This document shows positions 52,924 through 63,138 of a DNA stretch of 64,000 bases, piece by piece. The first letter of the stretch is position 1; every line of letters begins with the position of its first letter. The translations under genes were made by a program, and so were the position numbers. The stretch covers positions 128,001 to 192,000 of IMG/VR virus record IMGVR_UViG_3300028886_000035. One strand, 5' to 3'. This stretch comes from a virus. Its lineage: Duplodnaviria; Caudoviricetes. Below the pieces are notes generated by a model. That model searched no databases and was not told the DNA's origin. It saw only the letters and a list, made by a program, of their open reading frames with translations.

Positions 52924-53295
52924 TTAATCCATTTGATTTACTTTTTTAGTTAATTCAGTTTTGGCAAACGAATATCCTTTTTTGAAATTTGTTTCCTTAT
53001 TCAACATATCCGATATTACCAATTCATCAATAGTTGACTTTTTGATACAATCAATCTCTTTTCTCATTGTATCAGAAAATACACTTTCATCATATCCATT
53101 ATACGAAAGTAGACTGTTCTTGTAATTATTCAGTTTTTTATTCATCCTCGTTTTCATTTTATTTTGAGACACAAGCTCTTTTCGTTTCCCTTCACGACCA
53201 TTATATACCTTTGTTAGATATTTGTACTGACCTAAATCAAAACGAAAATCATTTACCATTTCATATACAATTTTTACCAAATCTGTATTAGTCAT
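52924..53295 (-). CDS. Hypothetical protein
   Basis: Start MTNTD after GGGAG. Confidence 0.7.
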   Translation of the reverse strand: MTNTDLVKIVYEMVNDFRFDLGQYKYLTKVYNGREGKRKELVSQNKMKTRMNKKLNNYKNSLLSYNGYDESVFSDTMRKEIDCIKKSTIDELVISDMLNKETNFKKGYSFAKTELTKKVNQMD

Positions 53296-53603
53296 TTTGA
53301 ACAACTCCCTTCTTGTTTCAATATAAGTATAACACACATACATACATAAAGTCAAGTATTTTTTTATTGCAATTAATTTTATAAAACATTTTACAATATC
53401 TATGTATATCAATCTGTAAAATGTTTTATCTATTTATTTGTAATAAAAATAATTACATTGTAGAATTGCCTACAAGTGTTATTAAAACACTACTACATAT
53501 AAATACTCGCATACTAGTATAAAACGCGCTACAGGCTAATTCTAGTGTATCAGAATAACAAAATAGCAGGGAATTTATTCCCTGCTATCATTTGAATTGC
53601 CTA

Positions 53604-54296
53604 TCAAAGTTTCTCTAAAAATCCTGCTTTTTTTGCTTTATTCTTCCCTACTCCATGAACCGGGAAAGTGATAACTGTTTTTCTGTCTTTTTTCCAACAC
53701 TTACCACAATTCACACATTGTACGTTTTCGTAAATCGTAGCGGGGCATTGTTCATATGTAATACCATCAATTACACGTTTTTTCTTACTCATACTCTCAA
53801 CTGCCATAACGCAATTTACACCTGCTTCATGACAGATTTTTGCTTTATCCTGTTTTTCAACAGAAAAGTTGATAATGAAACCTGCTTTACGCGCTTCTCT
53901 TGCTATTGCAAGATTTCTTTCATTTGTCGTACAATGAGTATACGTATATACTACATGACCTTTATACGCTTGCATAAGCGTCTGTACAAGTTTTTCGTCA
54001 ATATCGCTTGTTCCTTCTTTAGCAATATCACCTGCTACGTTATGACGAATAACAGGCGTGCAAGGATTTGTTTCAAGAACCTTTTTCAAATCGTTAGGAG
54101 TAACTACGTTCACACCCTCGCCCCTATCGACTTTATGCCAATGAATAGCGCAAGGACCACTCTTTGCATAGCAACCGTTATTACGGAAAGGACAACGAGT
54201 CGGGCAAGTGTTGCTAGACGTATATGTTTGACTGATTGCGCCCGTCTTGATGTTTTTGCTATTGCTAACAAATTTGATATACGTTTTAGTAGCCAT
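53604..54296 (-). CDS. GP88-like / radical-SAM-like Cys-rich phage protein
   Basis: NxKTG...TCPxxCPFxxxGCYA...RHNVAGD...YTYTH...CPA...CxxCxxC...FPVHG. Confidence 0.65.
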   Translation of the reverse strand: MATKTYIKFVSNSKNIKTGAISQTYTSSNTCPTRCPFRNNGCYAKSGPCAIHWHKVDRGEGVNVVTPNDLKKVLETNPCTPVIRHNVAGDIAKEGTSDIDEKLVQTLMQAYKGHVVYTYTHCTTNERNLAIAREARKAGFIINFSVEKQDKAKICHEAGVNCVMAVESMSKKKRVIDGITYEQCPATIYENVQCVNCGKCWKKDRKTVITFPVHGVGKNKAKKAGFLEKL

Positions 54297-54783
54297 GATG
54301 AATTACCTCCATTGTTTGAGAACCATTCGATTAGGTTTCTCTCTTTCCCTAACCTTTGTCTATATTATAACGTTTATCGGATGCTTTGTCAATAGTTTTT
54401 GTATAAAAATATAAAAATTTTTTGTTCGTCTGTTCGTCTGAAAGTATAAAACATTTTACAATTTTGGATTAAAACATTTTATTTGTAAAATGTTTTATAT
54501 CGTGAAAATAAAAAAAAGAGTAGTATTACTACTCTTATGCTATTAATCTTCTTTTTCACAAATTTGTAAATAATCGGGAGAAATATTTTCTGTATATTCA
54601 AAGGAATAGGGTTTTTCACCTTCTTCCAAAATAATGTTTTTATCGTTATGAAGATGGGATTGATTCAATTTAGATATATCAATTTTGAAAACTACGATTT
54701 TATCGTTTTCAATTGGTACAGAAATTGTCAGACATTTTATTTTATGGGACAAAAAAAGAGAGGGTTTTTCCCTCTCCATTGAA

Positions 54784-55203
54784 TCAATACTTTTCAGCTT
54801 CCTCTTTTGTTTTGAAGTAACGAATGCCATCCAAGAATTCTTCCACATCTTTCAAATCTCCGTAATTGATAGCATCCATAGCGGTATCATAGTTTTCTAA
54901 ATCCTGTCCGCGAAGTTTGAAATCAAAATCTGTAGGGTCTTTGACGTAATCATCAGAAATTTGAAAGATGAAACTTGTATCGCCCGAAATGATATACTCG
55001 CGACCATCGAAAGCATATTCATTTCCCTTCTGTACATCACTAGCATAACTTGCAGAAATATTGTAAAGCTGACCACAATCTGCATTTTCTACGCTATCAT
55101 CATAGAAGGAATTTTCATCCCCATCATAAGCAAGATTGATAGCTTCTTTATCCTGATTGCAGTAATAGGAACCGACGGCATGAATGAAAACTTTTGCGTA
55201 CAT
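54784..55203 (-). CDS. Acidic hypothetical protein
   Basis: GGAGG RBS and promoter. Confidence 0.75.
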   Translation of the reverse strand: MYAKVFIHAVGSYYCNQDKEAINLAYDGDENSFYDDSVENADCGQLYNISASYASDVQKGNEYAFDGREYIISGDTSFIFQISDDYVKDPTDFDFKLRGQDLENYDTAMDAINYGDLKDVEEFLDGIRYFKTKEEAEKY

Positions 55204-55587
55204 GATGAATACCTCCGTTTTTTAACTGTTTTCCTTATCTCTGTATTTAGTGTATCACTCTTTTGCTTGTTTGTCAACAGGTTTTTTATGAACTTCCTGT
55301 TGAGCTTGCTGAATCACTTGTGCAATTTCAACGTCATCCACTCCAAAAATAGTCATGAAAGTAATTGCCGTATTGAAAGAGTGTTCAAGTTCTCTGCAAG
55401 CAGAAAAAGCGGCATCGAAAGTTTCCTTGAAATCTTTATCAAGGAAAGAAATGTCTTTGTTTTGAACGCGATTGTAGTAATCCATGAAAAATGTTTTTGA
55501 AAAATGTCTGAAGATTTCTTGATGGAATTGTCAAACATTTTATTGATAGAATGGCAAAAAGACGGCAGAAATGCCGTCTTTTGATAG

Positions 55588-55857
55588 TTAATTACGAAAA
55601 GCCTGTAAGTAGGCTTTATAGAGGTTATTCATGAGAATAGCATAGCTAATATTGACATTGGAGACGTAATTGCTGTTGTTGTGGACATCTACCAAAAGGT
55701 GGAAAATTTCATCTCCAATGGTATTTCCAAACTCATTTCTATCCATCCCTTTGGAAAGGGAGAATGAAAACGACTTGTGAAAGTCGCTTGTTGCTTTCAA
55801 GATATAGCAATTTGTGTCTTTGTCGAAATGATTATCCCAAGTCCAAGTGTTCATCAT
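55588..55857 (-). CDS. Hypothetical protein
   Basis: Same operon as 55873; terminator downstream. Confidence 0.65.
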   Translation of the reverse strand: MMNTWTWDNHFDKDTNCYILKATSDFHKSFSFSLSKGMDRNEFGNTIGDEIFHLLVDVHNNSNYVSNVNISYAILMNNLYKAYLQAFRN

Positions 55858-55872
55858 TTTGATTCCATCCTA

Positions 55873-56085
55873 TTACATTCCGAAGAATTTCAATGCTTTA
55901 TCAATCGTGTATTCCCAATCATTGAGAAGGACGGCAGAAATTGCAATCCCTTTTGCAATATCTTTTGCCGCTTCTTTACGTTCGGCACGCTTTTTTGCGG
56001 CAAGTTCTTTGCGCTTGACGAAAAGATTCCATTTTGTATTGTTATCAAGGTTATAGCGAAGTGCTTCAATGTCATCGTAAGTCAT
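55873..56085 (-). CDS. Small protein, paralog of 61899
   Basis: WxLFV...KD...DWxYTID shared; start MTYDD after GGAGG. Confidence 0.75.
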   Translation of the reverse strand: MTYDDIEALRYNLDNNTKWNLFVKRKELAAKKRAERKEAAKDIAKGIAISAVLLNDWEYTIDKALKFFGM

Positions 56086-56281
56086 TTTGATTACCTCCAA
56101 ATTTTGTCGTTTCCTTATCTCTTGTCTATATATTATCATGATACGGATATATTGTCAAGCACTTTTTTATAAAGGGAAGAAATTTTTTTGTGCATGAAAT
56201 TGTCAGACATTTTACTAGGAAAATATATATAAAAAGGATAGGGAACAAAACCCTATCCTTTTTTTGACAATTTATAGATTA

Positions 56282-56539
56282 TTAATTTACGTATGTAATA
56301 TAGCGTGTATATGCGTCTTTTTTGACTTTACCAATAAGTTTGAAGATAGAAGCATCTTCAATTCTTTCAAATGTACAATCATCAATCTTATTTAATTTCA
56401 TCTTTTCTGCAAAAACTTTTTTAATCAGTTCCTTTTTTTGTTCTGAACATTTTACCCATTTAGCATTGTTTTCATCTTCAACAATGTTAAACACCCCATT
56501 GATTTTAGGAAAGTGCATTTTGTTCTTCATGTTAATCAT
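56282..56539 (-). CDS. Hypothetical protein
   Basis: AGGAGG RBS. Confidence 0.65.
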   Translation of the reverse strand: MINMKNKMHFPKINGVFNIVEDENNAKWVKCSEQKKELIKKVFAEKMKLNKIDDCTFERIEDASIFKLIGKVKKDAYTRYITYVN

Positions 56540-56772
56540 TATGATTACCTCCTATAAAACCCAATTGCTCTCTTGTGAAGTTTCTTTTGTTTTACTTCTC
56601 TTGTATTGTACACCTAATCGATAAAAATTTCAATTTATATACAATTATGTATTTATGATAAATCGGTTAAACACCTTATAAAACATTTTACAATTATTCG
56701 CTTGTATAAAATTGTGTAAAATGTTTTATATTAAAACAAAAAAAACAGGGAGGAAAATCCTCCCTGTTTACG

Positions 56773-56925
56773 TCAACTGTTTTCCTTAATCATTTCCTCC
56801 ACATCTTTCATAAGGCTTTCGTACTCGCTCTTTGAGCGAGCGTTCATAGCTCCCACATAAATAGTGTAAATATCCTCCGCGACCTGTGCGTTTTTAATGT
56901 TTTTAAGCGCTTCCATAATATCCAT
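56773..56925 (-). CDS. 50-aa protein below the ORF-track cutoff
   Basis: MDIMEALKNIKNAQVAEDIYTIYVGAMNARSKSEYESLMKDVEEMIKENS*; GGAGG RBS and terminator. Confidence 0.7.
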   Translation of the reverse strand: MDIMEALKNIKNAQVAEDIYTIYVGAMNARSKSEYESLMKDVEEMIKENS

Positions 56926-56986
56926 GATTTATACCTCCATTTTATAGATGAACAACATTTTATAGTTATCATCATATATTGTTCCA

Positions 56987-57700
56987 TCAAATTTCAAACT
57001 TAATTTTGCTATTTACGCAAAGTTTTCTCTCTGGAAAATCATGTATAACGGTATACTTCTTATCAGTAAACCGAAATATATGATTCCTAAACAAAGATAC
57101 CATATCAATTCTACCAAGAATTTTATAATTCTTAGTATCATTAAGTACCCATCTTTCCCCAAACTTTCTAAAATCAGATGCGTTTGGGGGGAGATAGCTC
57201 TTTTCCATTACCTTCAATAACTGTACATTCTTTATTAAATAAAATCTGAAATATATTTCTTCATCATCTTCTCTGATAAATTCAATGCTCCAACAATACG
57301 GATTAAACAATCTAATGATAAATTTGATTTCAGAAATAGATATGCTTTTGTACCTAAAGATTATATGATTAACAGAGCTAGCATCATACATCAACCTTAC
57401 AGTACTTTCTGGAAACTTTGTTTCAAAGACATTAAATGCATCTTTCATCTTCTTCTCTATAGTTATATTCTTTTCATAATGATATGTATCATATAGCCAA
57501 CTATAAAGAGCGGTATATGTTTTATTATATACTTTACAATTACCAATAATTGGATGTATAGCTAACATGCATTTTATTGGATTATCCGATACGCATGTAC
57601 GTGGTATATCTCCTTCTTCATTAATCAGACAAGGTGGTACATGAGTTTTTAATACCTCGCCTTCATTGAATTCTATTTTTGCTATATGATACATATCCAT
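56987..57700 (-). CDS. Hypothetical protein with a possible ADP-ribosyltransferase-like motif set
   Basis: MYH...PRTCVS...CMLAI...D...GERW; the fold call is tentative. Confidence 0.5.
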   Translation of the reverse strand: MDMYHIAKIEFNEGEVLKTHVPPCLINEEGDIPRTCVSDNPIKCMLAIHPIIGNCKVYNKTYTALYSWLYDTYHYEKNITIEKKMKDAFNVFETKFPESTVRLMYDASSVNHIIFRYKSISISEIKFIIRLFNPYCWSIEFIREDDEEIYFRFYLIKNVQLLKVMEKSYLPPNASDFRKFGERWVLNDTKNYKILGRIDMVSLFRNHIFRFTDKKYTVIHDFPERKLCVNSKIKFEI

Positions 57701-57882
57701 ATTATTACCACCTTAATAAAGAAGCGTTCCTTAAAACCTGTACGCCGACAGTAAGACGTGAGCTAACTTGTCTTACTTGGCACACTATGCGTCCGCCTAA
57801 GAACGTATCTCTTAACGTTTCCGTTCTTCTCACTATATATAGCATACATCAACCGAACGTATGTGTCAAGTATCTTTTATAA

Positions 57883-58113
57883 TTAATCTTGTGTTTCTAC
57901 TACATCAAAATGCAACCATTTATCCCAAGCCATATCCATATAATCATTCTGTTTAATACATTCATCTACGGATTTTTCTTCAAAATCTGCTCCATAATCT
58001 TTCATGTATTTTTTGATAAAACTTTCAAATACTTTTCGCGCAGTATATTCGTCACGATAATAAATATTTGTTGCATCACCATTATCACATTTTGTAATTA
58101 CATATAAAGTCAT
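57883..58113 (-). CDS. Hypothetical protein
   Basis: AGGAGG RBS. Confidence 0.75.
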   Translation of the reverse strand: MTLYVITKCDNGDATNIYYRDEYTARKVFESFIKKYMKDYGADFEEKSVDECIKQNDYMDMAWDKWLHFDVVETQD

Positions 58114-58283
58114 AATTATATCCTCCTAGTTTATCAATAGAACATTTTACAATTTTTCTTTTTATTCCTACATACCATATAGTATATTTTTTTTTGTAAA
58201 ATGTCTTACACAAAAAGAAAATTTAGTAGTAAAAATAGATATTACTAAAACAACAATAGGAAATATAAAAAATCCTAACATAA

Positions 58284-59240
58284 TTATTCTTTCATATCTA
58301 CTATATACGATTTATTCACCTGTCCATTTTTGACATTACCTACAATAATATCATCAAACCAAAAAACGCCTTTCAATTTTCCAAACAAACCCTTGCCTTT
58401 TGTATAGTCTGCAAAATGACCTCTACGAATATGATAAGCTCTTTTATCCCCTGTATGATTTATTTCACCAATATAATTTTTTCTCGCTTGCATTGGTTTA
58501 ATATGAACAATATTATGTGTTACTTTTGAGCCTTTTTTCTTATTGAATTTATGACCTTTTTTTGTAATATCCACTGATACATTTTTGCAATTTAAAATAG
58601 AAACAATGAAATAAGTTAAATGATTTAAAAAATCATATAATGCTCCAATAGTTTCACAATCTTTACGTAAATTTTCTTTTCTACAAACTTTTGCAATATC
58701 AGGGTCAGTAAAGTTATAATACCCTTCCATGCGTTTACCATTGTTATTTACAAAGAATTGAATACCACCAAAACTATTCCATTTATGTTTATCTGTATAA
58801 AAATTGAAATTCGTTTTGACTAAATATTTTGCTTTATAAATATCACCATGAACAAATATTCTTTGTGTCTTACACATACTTACCAATTGATTTAACATGT
58901 CATCTGCAAGAAACGGCATTGTATCAACGGTATTATCAAATTTACAAATATCATTAATTTTGATTTCAGAAAATGAAATAAATTTATCTACACTTTTTTG
59001 CGTATCTGCAATTACATTATCATTAACAGGATAATAATCCATGTCAATCTGTATCATATTAATATGTACTTCTTTCATCCATATTCCAAAATTTGTTCCG
59101 TTCAAACTATCTCTATCAAAAACCATGCTATAGTTTTTGAAAATAGGGAACATAGATACATTTGTATTCCGCCCATATTGTTCTGTATTGTCAAGGTAAA
59201 TTTTAACCACATCATTTACATTAATAATTTGTCTTTCCAT
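58284..59240 (-). CDS. Phage protein with C-terminal HxRRGH motif
   Basis: KRAYHIRRGHF...LFGKLKGVFW. Confidence 0.8.
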   Translation of the reverse strand: MERQIINVNDVVKIYLDNTEQYGRNTNVSMFPIFKNYSMVFDRDSLNGTNFGIWMKEVHINMIQIDMDYYPVNDNVIADTQKSVDKFISFSEIKINDICKFDNTVDTMPFLADDMLNQLVSMCKTQRIFVHGDIYKAKYLVKTNFNFYTDKHKWNSFGGIQFFVNNNGKRMEGYYNFTDPDIAKVCRKENLRKDCETIGALYDFLNHLTYFIVSILNCKNVSVDITKKGHKFNKKKGSKVTHNIVHIKPMQARKNYIGEINHTGDKRAYHIRRGHFADYTKGKGLFGKLKGVFWFDDIIVGNVKNGQVNKSYIVDMKE

Positions 59241-59415
59241 TTTAATTTACCTCCATCTTATCACCTTATTTGCATTATACCATATACAAAAAATCTTGTC
59301 AATGAAATTTTGTATTTGTAAAATGTTTTATATTATATACAAAAAAATCAACGATAAAACATTTTACAAAAAATTTTGTTTAAAAATTAAAAAGAGGGAA
59401 AAACCCTCTTTTTAA

Positions 59416-59913
59416 TTACTTGATAATATATGAATATTTAGTATCACGTTTCCAAAGATGGAATGTGAGAATGTATTCTGTCTCATATTCTTCCTCGTAT
59501 TCCTCGCCTTCTTCATCTTCTTCCGTTTCTGTATACGTTTCAGTTTCCGTATACAGTTCTTCTTGTTCCAAACCCTCGCCCCAACCATCAGAATACTGTC
59601 CAATTGTGTATTCCATAATTTGTTTTGCTTTATTTTCGTCTACGTCACTATTGAAAATATAAGTCATTTTCGTAACGCCATTATTATCCATTTCAAAATC
59701 AACAGATTTTGCGCCTGTCTGCTCTTTGAAAATGTTGAATAGTTCCTGTTTATCATTTGCAACAATGTCCTGCAATTTTTCCCACGCTTCAGGATAAAAT
59801 TCCATCACGTCTTTTACAGGAATTTCAGTTTCTGCACTATTGTAACCATTGTCATAATCAGTCATAAAAAAACGACCTTTTCCATAAACAATAATCGAAT
59901 TACCCATTTTCAA
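59416..59913 (-). CDS. Acidic protein (GQxSDGWGEG motif, poly-E tract)
   Basis: ETEEDEEGEEYEEEYETE; AGGAGG RBS. Confidence 0.8.
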   Translation of the reverse strand: MKMGNSIIVYGKGRFFMTDYDNGYNSAETEIPVKDVMEFYPEAWEKLQDIVANDKQELFNIFKEQTGAKSVDFEMDNNGVTKMTYIFNSDVDENKAKQIMEYTIGQYSDGWGEGLEQEELYTETETYTETEEDEEGEEYEEEYETEYILTFHLWKRDTKYSYIIK

Positions 59914-60067
59914 TTACCTCCTGTAATAAACCTGTTGTTCCTCTCTATGGTTATATATTACCATAGATTATTTATTTTGTCAAGAACTTTTTATAAAAAG
60001 TATAAAAATAAAACATTTTACAAATATTATTATACTAATCACAATTTGTAAAATGTTTTATGAACAA

Positions 60068-60367
60068 TTATGAATTTTTCTTTGCACTTATCATACCCTG
60101 TATATACAAATTAGTAAACGTTTTATTTGTGTTGTAAATATTCAAGTAATGGTTATATATGCCATACATCTGATAATGCGCTAGAGCAAGCAACAGACCG
60201 TAATAAACGCCGTCATACCACCTAGCCTTATCCTTTAGGCTAGTCATTTTTTCTATATCATTGTTACGCTCATACACTTCATATTGACCACGAATATAAC
60301 TTAATTGTTCCCATGCCTTATCTAGCTGATTAGTTATATTCTTCAATTCATCTTTCGTTGTTTCCAT
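60068..60367 (-). CDS. Hypothetical protein
   Basis: Start METTK after AGGTG. Confidence 0.65.
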   Translation of the reverse strand: METTKDELKNITNQLDKAWEQLSYIRGQYEVYERNNDIEKMTSLKDKARWYDGVYYGLLLALAHYQMYGIYNHYLNIYNTNKTFTNLYIQGMISAKKNS

Positions 60368-60447
60368 TTTAATATCACCTACCATATTTTTTGTATCAAT
60401 ATTATAAATAATGCTAGTGATTATTTTTATAATCACTAGCATTATTG

Positions 60448-60714
60448 TTAAATGACTTCTGCCAAACAATATTCAATCATATTGTTTTCCTGCGGATAAA
60501 CACCTTCAACATCGTCTGTCCACGAAGAATTATCTTCATCAAAAATCCAATGACCTAACAGATTTTTTGGAATTTCTGTAATTAGTAATGGATAATCAAG
60601 GAATACACTATCGACGATATATTTACCATCTTTCTCAATGGCGAACTTGCAATCAACCCTTCTTTCCGTGCCACCATTAACGCGACGATACATAGCAATA
60701 TAAGTACCTTTCAT
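60448..60714 (-). CDS. Hypothetical protein
   Basis: AGGAGG RBS and promoter. Confidence 0.75.
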   Translation of the reverse strand: MKGTYIAMYRRVNGGTERRVDCKFAIEKDGKYIVDSVFLDYPLLITEIPKNLLGHWIFDEDNSSWTDDVEGVYPQENNMIEYCLAEVI

Positions 60715-60763
60715 TTCAAATACCTCCTATTGATTACCTTTAACTTTTCTCTATGGTTATATA

Positions 60764-60865
60764 TTACCATACATTATGTATTTTGTCAACATCTTTTTTA
60801 TAAATCTCAATAAAAATTTTTGCACTAATAACAAGACCAACAATAAATCCAATCATAATTTCCAT
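60764..60865 (-). CDS. 33-aa membrane peptide
   Basis: MEIMIGFIVGLVISAKIFIEIYKKDVDKIHNVW*, with its own promoter and RBS. Confidence 0.5.
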   Translation of the reverse strand: MEIMIGFIVGLVISAKIFIEIYKKDVDKIHNVW

Positions 60866-61228
60866 TTTATACACACCTTCCTTTCATCACCTATATCATA
60901 CCATATAATTACATGTTTGCCAAGATATTTTTTATCAAATAAAACATTTTACAATTTGCCCTACCCATTTTTATTTGTAAAATGTTTTATTTGATAAAGG
61001 CATTATAAAAACCGTGCGGATAGGGAATATCCTGCACGGTTCTCTTTTTATAATTTTATAATAAATCTAAACTTAATATATAATTTCTATTTACTACATC
61101 TTACTCATTCCTTTCAAAATTGTTATTCACGCTAACACACTAGAAGTTTATCGGCATTTTATATCAAACAAATTTATTATAATTTATATTAACCTGTCCG
61201 TGATGAACGACGAATAGATAGCATATCC

Positions 61229-61711
61229 TTATGAAAGTTTATTATACTTTTCCCAAATTTGTTTAGCCAATTTTACAGAATATCGACTATACTGAGTCTT
61301 TAGTTCATCTACCATCTCACCGTTTTCAAAAACCATTTTGCCACAATTATAACCCATATTTTCATCAGCATAATCTACTTCAATAGTAAGATTCGGAAAC
61401 TTTTTAGTAAGAGCTTCGTATATTTCCTTTGGAGCACTCCAAGCTGTCAAAAAATAGAGTTCGTTCTCATTCCCTGTTTTTACATGTTCATAAGCATTCC
61501 ACTTAGTTCCCCAGTTTTGAATACGCCAATCATACCAATCAGTATTATTTTTATATTCTGGTTCTGGAATAACCTTATTAAAATCAATAGTTCCATAACC
61601 TGTTGCCTCATTCTTGTATTGTGCTTTTTCTTTGGCAACACTTTCCATAAAGTTCTTTACTTCTTCTGAATCACCTTTGACTTTCACAATGTTACAAATA
61701 TGATTTGGCAT
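61229..61711 (-). CDS. DUF1281/YubB-like ferredoxin-fold protein
   Basis: MPNH..N...IDFNKVIPEP...DWYDWRIQNWGTKWNA...FxTAWSAP...YADE. Confidence 0.8.
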   Translation of the reverse strand: MPNHICNIVKVKGDSEEVKNFMESVAKEKAQYKNEATGYGTIDFNKVIPEPEYKNNTDWYDWRIQNWGTKWNAYEHVKTGNENELYFLTAWSAPKEIYEALTKKFPNLTIEVDYADENMGYNCGKMVFENGEMVDELKTQYSRYSVKLAKQIWEKYNKLS

Positions 61712-61898
61712 AATATATCAATCCCTTTCTTGTTTCTTTAACTTTATCTTATGTGCTTATTGTACATCATAAAATAGATAAATGTTAAAAAACGTGTGCG
61801 TTATTCTTAAAACATTGGTATCACTTACTTCCTTTCCTTTACTGTATTTACAGTATATCATATTCGTGTTGATTTGTCAACACTTTTTTTGAACTTTT

Positions 61899-62111
61899 TT
61901 ACCAACCCATAGCCTTGCAAATGTTGTCAATAGTATAATCCCAATCAATTATACATGCAAGACCGACAAACAAGCCTGCTACTGTATCCTTAACGAATTG
62001 GTCACGCTCGTGCTTTTTGCGTGTACGCTCAACAAAAAGCTCCCAACGTTTATCACGGATAGCTTGACGATAAATAGCAATCTGTTCGTCATTCATTTCT
62101 TCAACCCTCAT
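61899..62111 (-). CDS. Small protein, paralog of 55873
   Basis: Start MRVEE after GGAGG. Confidence 0.75.
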   Translation of the reverse strand: MRVEEMNDEQIAIYRQAIRDKRWELFVERTRKKHERDQFVKDTVAGLFVGLACIIDWDYTIDNICKAMGW

Positions 62112-62373
62112 TTTAATTACCTCCAATTTGTAGAACCTGTTGTTTTCCTTTCGATGGTTATATATTATCATACTACAATCTATTTGTCAATACTTTTTTT
62201 ATAAAAAATAAAAAATTTTTTCAAACCTATATGATGAATAAAACATTTTACAATTTAGATAGATACAAAAAAATCCTGTATGGATTTTACACCATACAGG
62301 ATTTATATTAAGACACCCGACCAGAACGGCAACCTGTCCAAATATTTATTGTAAAGTGCCATAGTATTTTCTC

Positions 62374-63138
62374 TCAATCCCACAAATCAAGAAAATACTT
62401 TCCGAAAAGCTCTTTTCCACGATTGTATTTCTTTTCGTACTCTTTAGCATCATATTTATCAGAAAATTCATGGCAATGAGTAATCTCGTGAAACGTGAAA
62501 ATCATATCATCAAGATATTTCTCCCACAGATTGCAAGGAACGCCATATCTTTTTGCGTTCTTAAAAGCAATGAGACCTTCATAAATATACCATGCTTGGT
62601 CATCATCAAAAGCATATACTCTATTTAGATTTTTGTCAATTCTTTCTAGTTGACAAATACGTGCTTTATCAGTTATAACATAACTATAGCTCACCCATGT
62701 ACTAGAAATAAATTCTATAAGATTAGCATATAGTCTAATCCCACTATTAATATCATACCTATAGTTCTTTTCGGCTTCTTTTGCATTATATGGAATTAAG
62801 CAATCATTATAATTCTCGTTCTTCCACCAAATGTACCAAGGGGAATTAGGAAAATTAAGAGATGCTTCTTCAAAAGAAAAGTATATCTTTTTTAGAACAT
62901 CAAGCAAGTCTTGTTTATTTTTATCTTGACTTCCCATAGCTTTATTAAAGTTCTTCAATACTTCTTGTAACTCATCTTCCTTAATATATTTTTCAATCCA
63001 TAAGATGTAAGAACGAAGGGCAACTTTAATGTAATTTGAGAGGTCAACAAAAAGGTTATAGGGACGGCGCTTATTATACCACAAACTATGACGTTTATTG
63101 ATAATTTTCTTGTTCATCTTTAGACCTCCTGTCTGCAA
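62374..63138 (-). CDS. Hypothetical protein
   Basis: Ends GKELFGKYFLDLWD; start probably MNKKI. Confidence 0.8.
   Translation of the reverse strand: MQTGGLKMNKKIINKRHSLWYNKRRPYNLFVDLSNYIKVALRSYILWIEKYIKEDELQEVLKNFNKAMGSQDKNKQDLLDVLKKIYFSFEEASLNFPNSPWYIWWKNENYNDCLIPYNAKEAEKNYRYDINSGIRLYANLIEFISSTWVSYSYVITDKARICQLERIDKNLNRVYAFDDDQAWYIYEGLIAFKNAKRYGVPCNLWEKYLDDMIFTFHEITHCHEFSDKYDAKEYEKKYNRGKELFGKYFLDLWD

Noticed and set aside
61190-61225. CCGTGATGAA segment as a hammerhead ribozyme or IS end
   Set aside because: I could not identify the required stems or core.
2419-62204. Many opposite-strand or nested ORFs in the track (e.g. 2419+, 40690-, 42061-, 53655+, 54961+)
   Set aside because: Shadow frames of real genes: no RBS or promoter, and atypical composition.
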